Positions 11,057 through 18,951 of a stretch of DNA of 64,000 nt are shown in pieces (position 1 is the stretch's first letter; every line of letters starts with the position of its first letter). The position numbers were made by a program, and so were the translations under genes. Origin of the DNA: an uncultured Chitinophagaceae bacterium. GTDB lineage: Bacteria > Bacteroidota > Ignavibacteria > UBA10030 > UBA8401. The stretch is taken from positions 677-64,676 of the forward strand of contig CAZRWF010000006.1 of the NCBI GenBank assembly GCA_964603685.1. Direction: 5' to 3'. The notes beneath the pieces are model-generated. The model searched no databases and was not told the DNA's origin. It saw nothing but the letters and a program-made list of their open reading frames with translations.

Positions 11057-12391
11057 ATGGATTTTCTGAGACAGATCGCGTTACCCCAATCCGAAGCACA
11101 GATCGCCGTGCTTCATTTTGTGATGAATTTGATCACCATCCTGCTGCTGCCGTTTATTAGTTATTTGTTCGGCGCCCTGATCCTTTCCCTTCGGTTTCAC
11201 CGCAAAGGAATGCAACAGAACGATGCGAACGCACTGCAGTACTCCGCCGATGTGATTGATCATCTGCTTCCGAATAAAAGTATCCTGGTGTTGTTCGGCG
11301 TTGTGCCGTACACCGCGCTTGTTTTTGCCTATGCACAACTTCTGCAAAATTCCTCCGCCGTCAGCGTGAGCATAATGACGTGGGGATTGCTGTTGTTCGC
11401 GGCCGCGGCGGCGTTCGCTTCGTCGTATCATTCCGCCGTGAAACTGGGCGGCGTGCTGGCGTCCGTACCGTCGAAAAGCGACGATGTGGAATCGATGAAA
11501 TCCCAAATGTCCGAAACCCGGCGTACCTCCGGGAAATATGCGCTCATCTTCCTTACGCTGTCCGTCTATTGCCTTGTGGCGGGAATGTCCTTGTCCGCCC
11601 GGCCGGAATTGTGGATGAGCATCGGTTCGATTGTTCCCTTGTTGTTTGCGCCCGATGTTCTGTTAAAACTGGCGCAATTTACCGCGGTCGGATTAACCAT
11701 CGCATCCCTGGGGATGGTCTTCTTTACATTCCATTGGCAGGGAGGGAAAAAGGGGATCACGGAATCGTACGCCGCGTATGTCCGAAGAGCCGCGCTGCCG
11801 TTATCGCTGGTGTTGTTGTTGGTGCAGCCGTTATTCGTCGTCGGTGCCGTGGTACTGCTGCCGGTTTCCGGATTGAGCGGGGTCGTTTTCACGGCTTCCT
11901 TCTTCACGATCTTTTTCATTTTCCTGGCGAGTCTGTTCGTCTACGGCATGATCAAAGATTTTATGCCGCGCCATTCCGGAAACGCGTTTTATCTTTTCGT
12001 CCTGTCGTTGATGTTTGTCATCGTCCAGTCGACATCGTCCCTCTCCACGTCGACGAAGCAGCATTCCGCGATGTTGGCCTATCAGTACACGAAATATCAT
12101 AACGAATTGCTTGCTTCCATGGGAATCAGTCTGGCTACCTTCAGCGGTGAGGATATTTTTAATGCGAAATGTTCCGCGTGCCATGAATTCGGCATCAAAA
12201 AGGTGGGACCGGCGTATAAGGATGTTCTTCCGAAATACGAAAACGACAGGGCGAAACTATTATCCTTCGTGTTGAATCCGCAAAAGATCGATCCGGCGTA
12301 TCCTCCCATGCCGAATCAAGGTTTAAAACCGGCGGAAGCGGATTCGATCACGTCGTATATTATGCAGATGTACAAACAGGGGCAGAAGTAA
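11057..12391 (+). CDS. Polytopic membrane protein fused to a C-terminal c551/c552-like monoheme cytochrome c domain
   Basis: About 9 TM helices over ~340 aa, then CSACH (nt 12170-12184) followed by KKVGPAYKDVLPKY...YPPMPNQ. From memory this closely resembles the c551 signature (CxxCH..VGPAYKDV..PMPPN). It is the last gene before a terminator. Confidence 0.7.
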   Translation: MDFLRQIALPQSEAQIAVLHFVMNLITILLLPFISYLFGALILSLRFHRKGMQQNDANALQYSADVIDHLLPNKSILVLFGVVPYTALVFAYAQLLQNSSAVSVSIMTWGLLLFAAAAAFASSYHSAVKLGGVLASVPSKSDDVESMKSQMSETRRTSGKYALIFLTLSVYCLVAGMSLSARPELWMSIGSIVPLLFAPDVLLKLAQFTAVGLTIASLGMVFFTFHWQGGKKGITESYAAYVRRAALPLSLVLLLVQPLFVVGAVVLLPVSGLSGVVFTASFFTIFFIFLASLFVYGMIKDFMPRHSGNAFYLFVLSLMFVIVQSTSSLSTSTKQHSAMLAYQYTKYHNELLASMGISLATFSGEDIFNAKCSACHEFGIKKVGPAYKDVLPKYENDRAKLLSFVLNPQKIDPAYPPMPNQGLKPAEADSITSYIMQMYKQGQK

Positions 12392-12421
12392 CATTTCCGA
12401 TTTCGTTTTTATCTTCTTCCT

Positions 12422-12450
12422 GCCTCTGACCACATCAGAGGCATTTTTAT
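12422..12450 (+). terminator. Rho-independent terminator closing the ACIII/oxidase gene string
   Basis: Stem GCCTCTGA (12422-12429) / TCAGAGGC (12435-12442), 5-nt loop, then ATTTTTATTAT. Confidence 0.75.
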
Positions 12451-12471
12451 TATCAGACGAAAAGGTGCAAT

Positions 12472-12942
12472 ATGAAAAACATACTCTATATCTCGGCAGC
12501 CATGGTACTCATCCTTTCCGCGGCGTTTGCCGGCGGGAAAAAACAGTACGGCAAAGAATTGACTGTCGCAGAGACCACGCCGATCTCTGCGATCATTGCC
12601 GATCCCGAACAGTATCAGGGGAAAAAAGTGAAAGTGAAAGGGCCGATCGTCGATGTTTGTAAAGAGCGCGGCTGCTGGATCAAAGTAGGAAGTGACAAGG
12701 AATTCGAATCGATCCGGTTTAAAGTGGATGACGGCGTGATCGTTTTTCCGCTCGATGTGAAAGGACGACCGGTGGTGGCGGAAGGTGTCGTCTCCTTCAA
12801 AAAAATTTCGGTGGAAGAGCAGATCAAAAGCGGCGAAGAACATGCCAAAAAAGAAGGGACGACGTTTGACCGTTCTTCCGTCAAAGGGGTCAAAACGATC
12901 CTGCAGATCAACGGTGAAGGGGCAGAGGTCGAAACACGATGA
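12472..12942 (+). CDS. DUF4920-like secreted protein
   Basis: Signal peptide MKNILYISAAMVLILSAAFAGG. The motif VDVCKERGCWIKV is the C..GCW signature I associate with DUF4920. Confidence 0.6.
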   Translation: MKNILYISAAMVLILSAAFAGGKKQYGKELTVAETTPISAIIADPEQYQGKKVKVKGPIVDVCKERGCWIKVGSDKEFESIRFKVDDGVIVFPLDVKGRPVVAEGVVSFKKISVEEQIKSGEEHAKKEGTTFDRSSVKGVKTILQINGEGAEVETR

Positions 12943-13505
12943 GCCGGTTTCCCTGGCGGCGCTGGAACATCGTGCTGCATCGCGACGTCGGATATTTGAG
13001 CGTCGCCATGGTGATCATCTACGGGATTTCTGGTTTAGCGGTGAATCATATCGCCGACTGGAATCCCAACTATGCGTTGTCCAAGGAACTCCGGACCATT
13101 CCGCCGATTTTATCTGCGGATAAGGACACGATCATCCAGCAGGCAGTCCGATCCCTTGCTCTTTCCTCTCCGCCGGAAAATTATTTTCGCCCCGATCCGG
13201 AAACAGCGCAGTTATTTTACTCCGGAACGACTTACACGATCGATCTGCCGACGGGGAATGTCATCCGCGAATCCACACCGAAACGTCCCGTTCTCTTCGA
13301 AATGAACCAACTTCATCTTAATTCCGTCAAAGGGGTGTGGACGTACATCGCCGATCTCTTTGCGGTGGGATTGATCTTTATGGGGATCTCCGGAATGTTC
13401 ATGCTGCGCGGATCCAATGGATTGTTCGGCCGGGGAAAGTGGCTGGTCGGCATCGGCGCGGCGATTCCGATCCTGTATTGGCTGTGGTTCAATTATCTGC
13501 AATAA
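12939..13505 (+). CDS. PepSY-associated TM-helix family membrane protein
   Basis: N-terminus [31 protein letters not shown] plus a C-terminal TM pair. ATGA overlap with the preceding gene. Confidence 0.6.
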   Translation: MSRFPWRRWNIVLHRDVGYLSVAMVIIYGISGLAVNHIADWNPNYALSKELRTIPPILSADKDTIIQQAVRSLALSSPPENYFRPDPETAQLFYSGTTYTIDLPTGNVIRESTPKRPVLFEMNQLHLNSVKGVWTYIADLFAVGLIFMGISGMFMLRGSNGLFGRGKWLVGIGAAIPILYWLWFNYLQ

Positions 13506-13618
13506 ATCCGGCCGGCGGCCGTCCATTATTCCGACATTCGGCGGAACTTTTTGAATTTCAGCCGGTGTTATCATTGCTGTATACCAAAATATTTCAATTA
13601 ACTACGGAGATAAATGAT

Positions 13619-14476
13619 ATGAATACGATGAAAACATTCTTATTAATGGGTGTTCTCACCGTAATGTTCGTGTTAATCGGCGGAATGCTGGGCGGAGAAG
13701 GGGGAATGACGGTCGCATTGATCTTTGCCGGGGTGATGAATTTTGTTTCGTACTGGTGGAGCGACAAGATCGTGCTGAAAATGTACGGAGCAAAGGAAGT
13801 TACGGCCCAGGAGGCACCCGAATTGTTCCGCATGACGGAAGAGTTGACGCAACGGGCAAACTTACCGATGCCGAAACTCTATATCATCGACGGCGACCAA
13901 CCCAACGCGTTCGCGACCGGCCGGGATCCGCAACATTCTGCCGTGGCGGTAACCGAAGGGATCATGCGATTGCTCACCCGGGATGAACTGCGGGGGGTGA
14001 TCGCCCATGAATTGGCTCATATCAAAAACCGCGACATCCTCGTCGGCACGATTGCGGCAACGTTCGCCGGTGCCATCAGTTATCTCGCCAATATGGCGCA
14101 ATGGGCGATGATTTTCGGCGGCCGAAGTTCTGACGACGAAGAGGGAGGAAATCCTCTTTCCGGCATTTTAATGATGATTCTTGCTCCCATCGCCGCACTG
14201 CTGGTGCAGATGGCCATTTCCCGGTCCCGGGAATACTTGGCGGATCAGACCGGCGCGGAGATGGCGGGAAATCCGCTTTCGCTGGCCAGTGCGCTCCGGC
14301 GGCTTCATGCCGGTGCGGAGCGTATACCGATGCATGCCACGCCGGCAACGGCGCATATGTTCATCGTCAACCCGTTGACAGCCGGCGGCATTGCCAATCT
14401 CTTCAGTACCCATCCGCCGATGGAAGAACGGATTGCCCGCCTTGAAGCGATGGTCTACGGCAACCGTCTCGGTTAA
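13619..14476 (+). CDS. htpX: Zinc metalloprotease HtpX (M48 family)
   Basis: [10 protein letters not shown] HExxH motif and 4 TM helices. GGAG lies 9 nt upstream of ATG 13619. The ORF-track start at 13337 overlaps the previous gene and is rejected. Confidence 0.9.
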   Translation: MNTMKTFLLMGVLTVMFVLIGGMLGGEGGMTVALIFAGVMNFVSYWWSDKIVLKMYGAKEVTAQEAPELFRMTEELTQRANLPMPKLYIIDGDQPNAFATGRDPQHSAVAVTEGIMRLLTRDELRGVIAHELAHIKNRDILVGTIAATFAGAISYLANMAQWAMIFGGRSSDDEEGGNPLSGILMMILAPIAALLVQMAISRSREYLADQTGAEMAGNPLSLASALRRLHAGAERIPMHATPATAHMFIVNPLTAGGIANLFSTHPPMEERIARLEAMVYGNRLG

Positions 14477-14490
14477 AAACATTATCAACG

Positions 14491-14530
14491 GCCGTGTTAA
14501 AATTCTGAAAAGGATTTTTCACGGCTTTTC
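14491..14530 (+). terminator. Candidate intrinsic terminator after htpX
   Basis: GCCGTG (14491-14496) pairs with CACGGC (14520-14525), followed by TTTTCT. The loop is large (23 nt), so this is moderate at best. Confidence 0.45.
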
Positions 14531-14554
14531 TGTATCTTAGAAGGAGAAATGGTC

Positions 14555-14821
14555 ATGAAATGTCCCGTCTGTTCCGTCGATCTCACCATGAGCGAACGCC
14601 AGGGAGTGGAGATTGATTACTGTCCGAAATGCCGCGGAGTGTGGTTGGACCGCGGAGAACTGGATAAGATCATCGAACGATCCGGTGCGATGGAAGAACC
14701 GCCGGCACGCGAACCGCAGCCGGCACCGTATCCGAAATACGAACAACGGCCGTACAACGACAATTATTACAAACACAAGAAGAGGAAAAATTTCCTCGGC
14801 GAGATCTTCGATTTCGACTAA
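14555..14821 (+). CDS. TFIIB-type zinc-ribbon protein (zf-TFIIB family)
   Basis: MKCPVCSVDL...IDYCPKCRGVWLDRGELDKIIE, with a Pro/Tyr-rich tail. AAGGAG lies 8 nt upstream of ATG 14555; ATG 14549 is too close to the SD. Confidence 0.75.
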   Translation: MKCPVCSVDLTMSERQGVEIDYCPKCRGVWLDRGELDKIIERSGAMEEPPAREPQPAPYPKYEQRPYNDNYYKHKKRKNFLGEIFDFD

Positions 14822-14846
14822 CGTTTGACCTGCATAAAGGGGAACA

Positions 14847-15800
14847 ATGGAACAATCGACATTAATGTGGGTGCTCTTCAACGGATTCGTTCTGCTGATG
14901 CTGGCACTCGATCTGGGGGTGTTCCACAAAACCGCCCACGAAGTAAAAATGAAAGAAGCGCTCACCTGGAGTGCGGTGTGGATCGTGTGTGCGCTGATTT
15001 TTAACGCACTCATCTACTACTATTGGGATTGGATGGCACCGGGGAGCGAATACACGAACAAAGATGCCGCGTTGGCGTTTCTTACCGGGTATCTGATCGA
15101 AAAATCGCTCAGTGTGGACAATGTCTTCGTGTTCCTCATGGTCTTCACCTATTTTCAGGTTCCTTCCTTATATCAGCACAAAGTCCTTTTCTGGGGCATT
15201 CTCGGTGCGTTGGTCATGCGCGCCATCTTTATCTTCGCCGGCGTTTCGCTCATCACGTCGTTTCATTGGATGATTTACATTTTCGGCGCCTTGTTGATCT
15301 TTACCGGCGTCAACATGGCGATGCAAAAGGACAAAAAACTCGAACCGGAGAAAAATCCGGTGATCAAACTCTTCAAACGATGGTTCCCGGTGACGAATGA
15401 TTATCACGGAGATCATTTCTTCGCGAAGATCGACGGCAGGAAAGTGGCGACGCCGATGTTCATCGTTCTTCTGGTGATCGAAACAACCGACGTGATCTTT
15501 GCCGTCGACTCGATCCCAGCGATTCTGGCGATCACCAGCAATCCGTTTATCGTCTATACCTCCAACGTCTTTGCCATCTTAGGACTCCGGGCGCTCTATT
15601 TTGCGCTGGCCGGAATCATGGGTCTCTTCCATTATTTGCATTATGGACTTTCCGTGATTTTGGTGTTTGTGGGACTCAAAATGATGGCCGTGGATTTTTA
15701 CAAGATCCCTGTCGAATACTCGTTGATGGTCGTGTTGGGGATACTCGTTATTTCGGTCATCCTTTCCACGATGTTCCCGCCGAAAGAAAAAAAGGGATAA
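14847..15800 (+). CDS. TerC/Alx-family integral membrane protein
   Basis: 317 aa with about 9 TM helices. Family-typical stretches EKSLSVDNVFVF and DVIFAVDSIPAILAIT. Confidence 0.85.
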   Translation: MEQSTLMWVLFNGFVLLMLALDLGVFHKTAHEVKMKEALTWSAVWIVCALIFNALIYYYWDWMAPGSEYTNKDAALAFLTGYLIEKSLSVDNVFVFLMVFTYFQVPSLYQHKVLFWGILGALVMRAIFIFAGVSLITSFHWMIYIFGALLIFTGVNMAMQKDKKLEPEKNPVIKLFKRWFPVTNDYHGDHFFAKIDGRKVATPMFIVLLVIETTDVIFAVDSIPAILAITSNPFIVYTSNVFAILGLRALYFALAGIMGLFHYLHYGLSVILVFVGLKMMAVDFYKIPVEYSLMVVLGILVISVILSTMFPPKEKKG

Positions 15801-15826
15801 AACGAGCATTTCCTGCAATAAAAAAA

Positions 15827-15851
15827 GGGAGCTTTCGGCTCCCTTTTTTTA
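15827..15851 (+). terminator. Bidirectional-type intrinsic terminator
   Basis: An A-run, then GGGAGC (15827-15832), loop TTTCG, GCTCCC (15838-15843), then TTTTTTT. Confidence 0.8.
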
Positions 15852-15866
15852 TTGGCGCCGATTTCG

Positions 15867-15895
15867 TTGACATTGAAAAGAGTATTCCGTATAAT
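15867..15895 (+). promoter_or_regulatory. Consensus sigma70-type promoter for sppA
   Basis: TTGACA (15867-15872), exact 17-nt spacer, TATAAT (15890-15895). It lies 44 nt upstream of the sppA ATG. Confidence 0.7.
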
Positions 15896-15939
15896 TGCAT
15901 AAGTATCAATAAGTTACAAAGATTACTTTCAGAAAAAAT

Positions 15940-16842
15940 ATGAGTAAAACCGCTAAATGGCTGATCGGAATTTTTTCCTTCTTGCTCATATTCCTCTTTT
16001 TTATTGTCCTGTCGTTTGTCATGATCCTTTCGGAGAGCGATACCGAAGATGTTTCTTCGGGTACTGCCGGTACGATTGCATTAATCGAATTGAATGAACC
16101 GATCGTTTCCTCCGAGAGGGTAGTGCAGCAATTAAAGAAGTACCGTGAAAATATCGGAATCCGGGCGATCGTTCTGCGGATTGATTCTCCGGGGGGCGGG
16201 GTTGCAGCGAGTCAAGAGATCTATGAAGAGGTGAAAAAAACCCGCGAGTACGGAAAACCGGTTGTCGTCTCCATGGGTGCCGTTGCGGCGAGCGGCGGAT
16301 ATTATGTGGCGATGGGTGCGTCGCGTGTTGTGGCGAATCCCGGCACCATCACCGGCAGCATCGGTGTGATTTCCCAATTCGTGCATGTGAACGAAATGCT
16401 GGAAAAGATCGGCGTTACCTCCACCACCATCAAAAGCGGTGCCCTGAAGGATGCCGGTTCACCATTTCGCGCTTCGAACGAAACGGATAAACGAAGTTTT
16501 CAAGAAATGATCGACGATGTCTATGACCAGTTCGTGTCGACGGTTGCCGAGGAGCGGAAGATGGAAAAATCGGCGGTGAAAAAATATGCGGACGGCCGGG
16601 TCTTTACCGGACGAAAAGCGTATGAGTTCGGATTGGTCGATACGCTTGGAACATATCAAGATGCCATCACCATCGCCGCCGGATTGGCGCAGATCTACGG
16701 TACGCCGCGGGTGATCAAAGAACGGAAAAAAGAACGCCTCTCCGACATGCTCTTCGGCACTCTTCGGGAAGAAGTTGCGGGCCTGAAAAACGAATTACTG
16801 CAGCAGCCGATCGTTCAATATCGATTCACTCAACCACAATAA
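15940..16842 (+). CDS. sppA: Signal peptide peptidase SppA (36K type, S49 family)
   Basis: N-terminal TM helix, then IRAIVLRIDSPGGGVAASQEI and AASGGYYVAMGA motifs. Confidence 0.9.
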   Translation: MSKTAKWLIGIFSFLLIFLFFIVLSFVMILSESDTEDVSSGTAGTIALIELNEPIVSSERVVQQLKKYRENIGIRAIVLRIDSPGGGVAASQEIYEEVKKTREYGKPVVVSMGAVAASGGYYVAMGASRVVANPGTITGSIGVISQFVHVNEMLEKIGVTSTTIKSGALKDAGSPFRASNETDKRSFQEMIDDVYDQFVSTVAEERKMEKSAVKKYADGRVFTGRKAYEFGLVDTLGTYQDAITIAAGLAQIYGTPRVIKERKKERLSDMLFGTLREEVAGLKNELLQQPIVQYRFTQPQ

Positions 16843-16851
16843 GGAGCACTT

Positions 16852-17148
16852 GTGACGAAAGCAGACATCGTTGATGTTATCGCATCTGGCACCGGTCTGA
16901 CGAAAGTGGAGACCGAAGCGGTGGTGGACGGTTTTATCCAGACCGTGATCGCTTCCTTGCGTGACGGTCGGAATATCGAGATCCGCGGATTCGGCAGTTT
17001 TAAGGTGAAAAAAAGGAAGGGGAGAATGGCGCGGAATCCACGGACCGGAGAACAGGTGCCGGTGCAGGATCATTATGTTCCGATCTTCAAAGTCTCCAAG
17101 GAGTTGAAAACAGTGGTGAACGACAATCTTATGAAGACGCTGGGGTAA
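16852..17148 (+). CDS. HU/IHF-family nucleoid-associated DNA-binding protein
   Basis: RGFGSFKVKKRKGRMARNPRTGEQVPV beta-arm signature. AAGGAG lies 5 nt upstream of the GTG start. Confidence 0.9.
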   Translation: MTKADIVDVIASGTGLTKVETEAVVDGFIQTVIASLRDGRNIEIRGFGSFKVKKRKGRMARNPRTGEQVPVQDHYVPIFKVSKELKTVVNDNLMKTLG

Positions 17149-17197
17149 TTTTCTGTCCAACAACGATCCCAAAAGTATCATCTGTACATCCTGCGGT

Positions 17198-17863
17198 ATG
17201 GTGAATCCCGCCGAACAATCGGTCTGCAGCGGCTGCGGAAGTCCTCTGGAAATGCTCCTCGCGCCCCCGCCGCCATCGGCGTCGCCGGCAAAAAAAAGTT
17301 CAGGGCCACATGGATCGGTCCCCCGTTGGCTTTCGGCCATTCTGGGATTATTTCTCGTCTATTCCGTCATTGTCGCGATCTATGAATATCAACGATCGCC
17401 CACCGGTTCCGTCCAAGTGAATCGTCCGGCGGCGCCGGTGGCTGCTGCTCCCGATCATGAATTGACGCACCGGATCGAAGCACTGGAAAAGGAAGCAGCC
17501 GCGGATCCGAAAAACGCCCTCCTGGCGCTGCAATTGGCCAATGCTCTTCATGATGCACGGCAATTCGAACGGGCTGTCGGCGCCTATCAAACGGTGCTGC
17601 GTCTGGACCCGAAAAATGCCGATGCCCGCGTGGACCTCGGAATCTGTTATTTTGAACTGGGAAATGTCTCTACGGCGGTTTCGGAGATTACTGCCGTCGT
17701 CAACGCGTTTCCGAAACATCAAATGGCGATGTTCAATCTCGGTGTGATATTGCTGAGCGATCAGAAAACGGAAGAGGCGAAACGCTGGCTGACGCGATGT
17801 GTCGAACTTGATCCACAATCAACAGCTGGGCTCCGAGCCCAACAGATCCTTCAACAACAGTAA
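17198..17863 (+). CDS. Zinc-ribbon / TM / TPR-repeat protein (start uncertain, see findings)
   Basis: CSGCGSPL half-ribbon, one TM helix (LSAILGLFLVYSVIVAIY), and 3-4 TPR-like repeats (e.g. AVGAYQTVLRLDPKNADARVDLGICYFELGN). Confidence 0.7.
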   Translation: MVNPAEQSVCSGCGSPLEMLLAPPPPSASPAKKSSGPHGSVPRWLSAILGLFLVYSVIVAIYEYQRSPTGSVQVNRPAAPVAAAPDHELTHRIEALEKEAAADPKNALLALQLANALHDARQFERAVGAYQTVLRLDPKNADARVDLGICYFELGNVSTAVSEITAVVNAFPKHQMAMFNLGVILLSDQKTEEAKRWLTRCVELDPQSTAGLRAQQILQQQ

Positions 17864-17882
17864 TCACGAAAGGAGGTTGCTT

Positions 17883-17978
17883 ATGCCAAGCGGAAAAAAA
17901 CGCAAACGTCATAAAATGGCGACCCACAAACGGAAAAAACGTCTTCGGAAGATGCGTCACAAGAAGAGGATCCGATAG
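17883..17978 (+). CDS. 31-aa hyper-basic micro-protein, bS22 / AURKAIP1-COX24-like (candidate small ribosomal protein)
   Basis: Not in the ORF track. ATG 17883 to TAG 17976-17978 encodes MPSGKKRKRHKMATHKRKKRLRKMRHKKRIR (20 of 31 residues are K/R). AGGAGG lies 9 nt upstream, and a hairpin follows at 17993-18011. Confidence 0.6.
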   Translation: MPSGKKRKRHKMATHKRKKRLRKMRHKKRIR

Positions 17979-17992
17979 TTATCCGCGCGCGG

Positions 17993-18011
17993 GGAGAGTT
18001 TAAAACTCTCC
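17993..18011 (+). terminator. Hairpin after the micro-ORF (weak terminator candidate)
   Basis: GGAGAGTT (17993-18000), loop TAA, AACTCTCC (18004-18011). The T-rich tract (CTTTTTCC, then a T10 run) starts only about 10-20 nt downstream. Confidence 0.4.
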
Positions 18012-18094
18012 TTGCGTGTTGCTTTTTCCTGTTTTTTTTTTCACTTTTCACACAACGAACACCTGCAACATACCAGTGAAACACCGAGGAAGTT

Positions 18095-18433
18095 ATGGCG
18101 AACAATGATGATGATTCAAAAACCGGATTTTTGATCGGCTTTTTAGCCGGGGCTGTTGTCGGCGGTATCGTAGCGCTGCTGTATGCGCCGAAACCGGGAA
18201 AAGAACTCCGTGCCGACATCAAAAACAAAGCGGGCGAAGCGATGGATTCCGCCGAAGAATACGTGAGCGCCGCAAAACACAAGGCGGTCGATATCATTAA
18301 CGAAGGGAAGAAGAAGTCCGAAGGGTTGATCACCGAAGCGAAAAAACGCGCGGAATCGCTCCTGGGCGATGCCGAAAAGATTCTGACGGATGCGCGCAGC
18401 AAATCGCACGCATCGGAAAAAAACAAAAATTAA
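18095..18433 (+). CDS. YtxH-domain protein
   Basis: GFLIGFLAGAVVGGIVALLYAPKPGKELR signature followed by a charged helical tail. Confidence 0.8.
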   Translation: MANNDDDSKTGFLIGFLAGAVVGGIVALLYAPKPGKELRADIKNKAGEAMDSAEEYVSAAKHKAVDIINEGKKKSEGLITEAKKRAESLLGDAEKILTDARSKSHASEKNKN

Positions 18434-18448
18434 TTTCGGGAGCGGTCC

Positions 18449-18859
18449 GTGGAAACATTTTTGATGGTCGCACAAATCGTCGTGCTGTTGCTGCTCAGCG
18501 GTGTGGCGGTGTACGGAATTCTCGTGCTGGTGAAACTGCGCGATCTTCTCGGTACAATCGACAGCAACGTGAAAGAAGTGGCGACCCGCACGCTGCCGAT
18601 GCTCGAAAATCTCGAAGTGATCACCAAAAAGATCCGCGTGATCGTGGAAAATTTCGACGAACAGATCGCCATGCTGAAAAGCTCCGTTGAGACCCTGAAG
18701 GGTGTCGCGGACAACGTTGCCGCATTTGAGCGGCGCGTACAAGATGCCATTGAATCTCCGATCATGGAAGTGATGAACACCATCGGCGGTGTCATCCGCG
18801 GTTTTACATCCTTCTTCAACAGAACGATCGGCGGCCGATCCTCCCGCGCCGACGAGTAA
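18449..18859 (+). CDS. DUF948-like membrane-anchored coiled-coil protein
   Basis: N-terminal TM helix (VAQIVVLLLLSGVAVYGILVLV) followed by a helical region. It pairs with YtxH as in many genomes. Confidence 0.6.
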   Translation: METFLMVAQIVVLLLLSGVAVYGILVLVKLRDLLGTIDSNVKEVATRTLPMLENLEVITKKIRVIVENFDEQIAMLKSSVETLKGVADNVAAFERRVQDAIESPIMEVMNTIGGVIRGFTSFFNRTIGGRSSRADE

Positions 18860-18951
18860 TCTCGCTTTTTCAACACGATCCTATCCACTTCATCATCGTC
18901 TGCTGGCGATGACTCCTCTTCACCGGCGGCAGGCGAGCAAAGGAGTCCGTT

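Noticed and set aside
13337-13618. N-terminal extensions in the ORF track: HtpX from 13337, the flippase from 20990, GT2 from 24111, GT4 from 24980, the giant protein from 27408, the barrel from 44000, GlgA from 47211, M61 from 49055, PorV from 53470 and the M6-like gene from 54631.
   Set aside because: The extensions overlap upstream genes or terminators. They lack family-consistent sequence. They are displaced by internal starts that give proper signal peptides or N-terminal motifs, SD sites, or ATGA/GTGA coupling.
14822-14846. An expected yybP-ykoY (Mn2+) riboswitch upstream of the TerC-family gene.
   Set aside because: Only 25 nt separate terC from the preceding, well-supported zinc-ribbon CDS. 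There is no room for a ~100-nt riboswitch and no conserved motif is visible.
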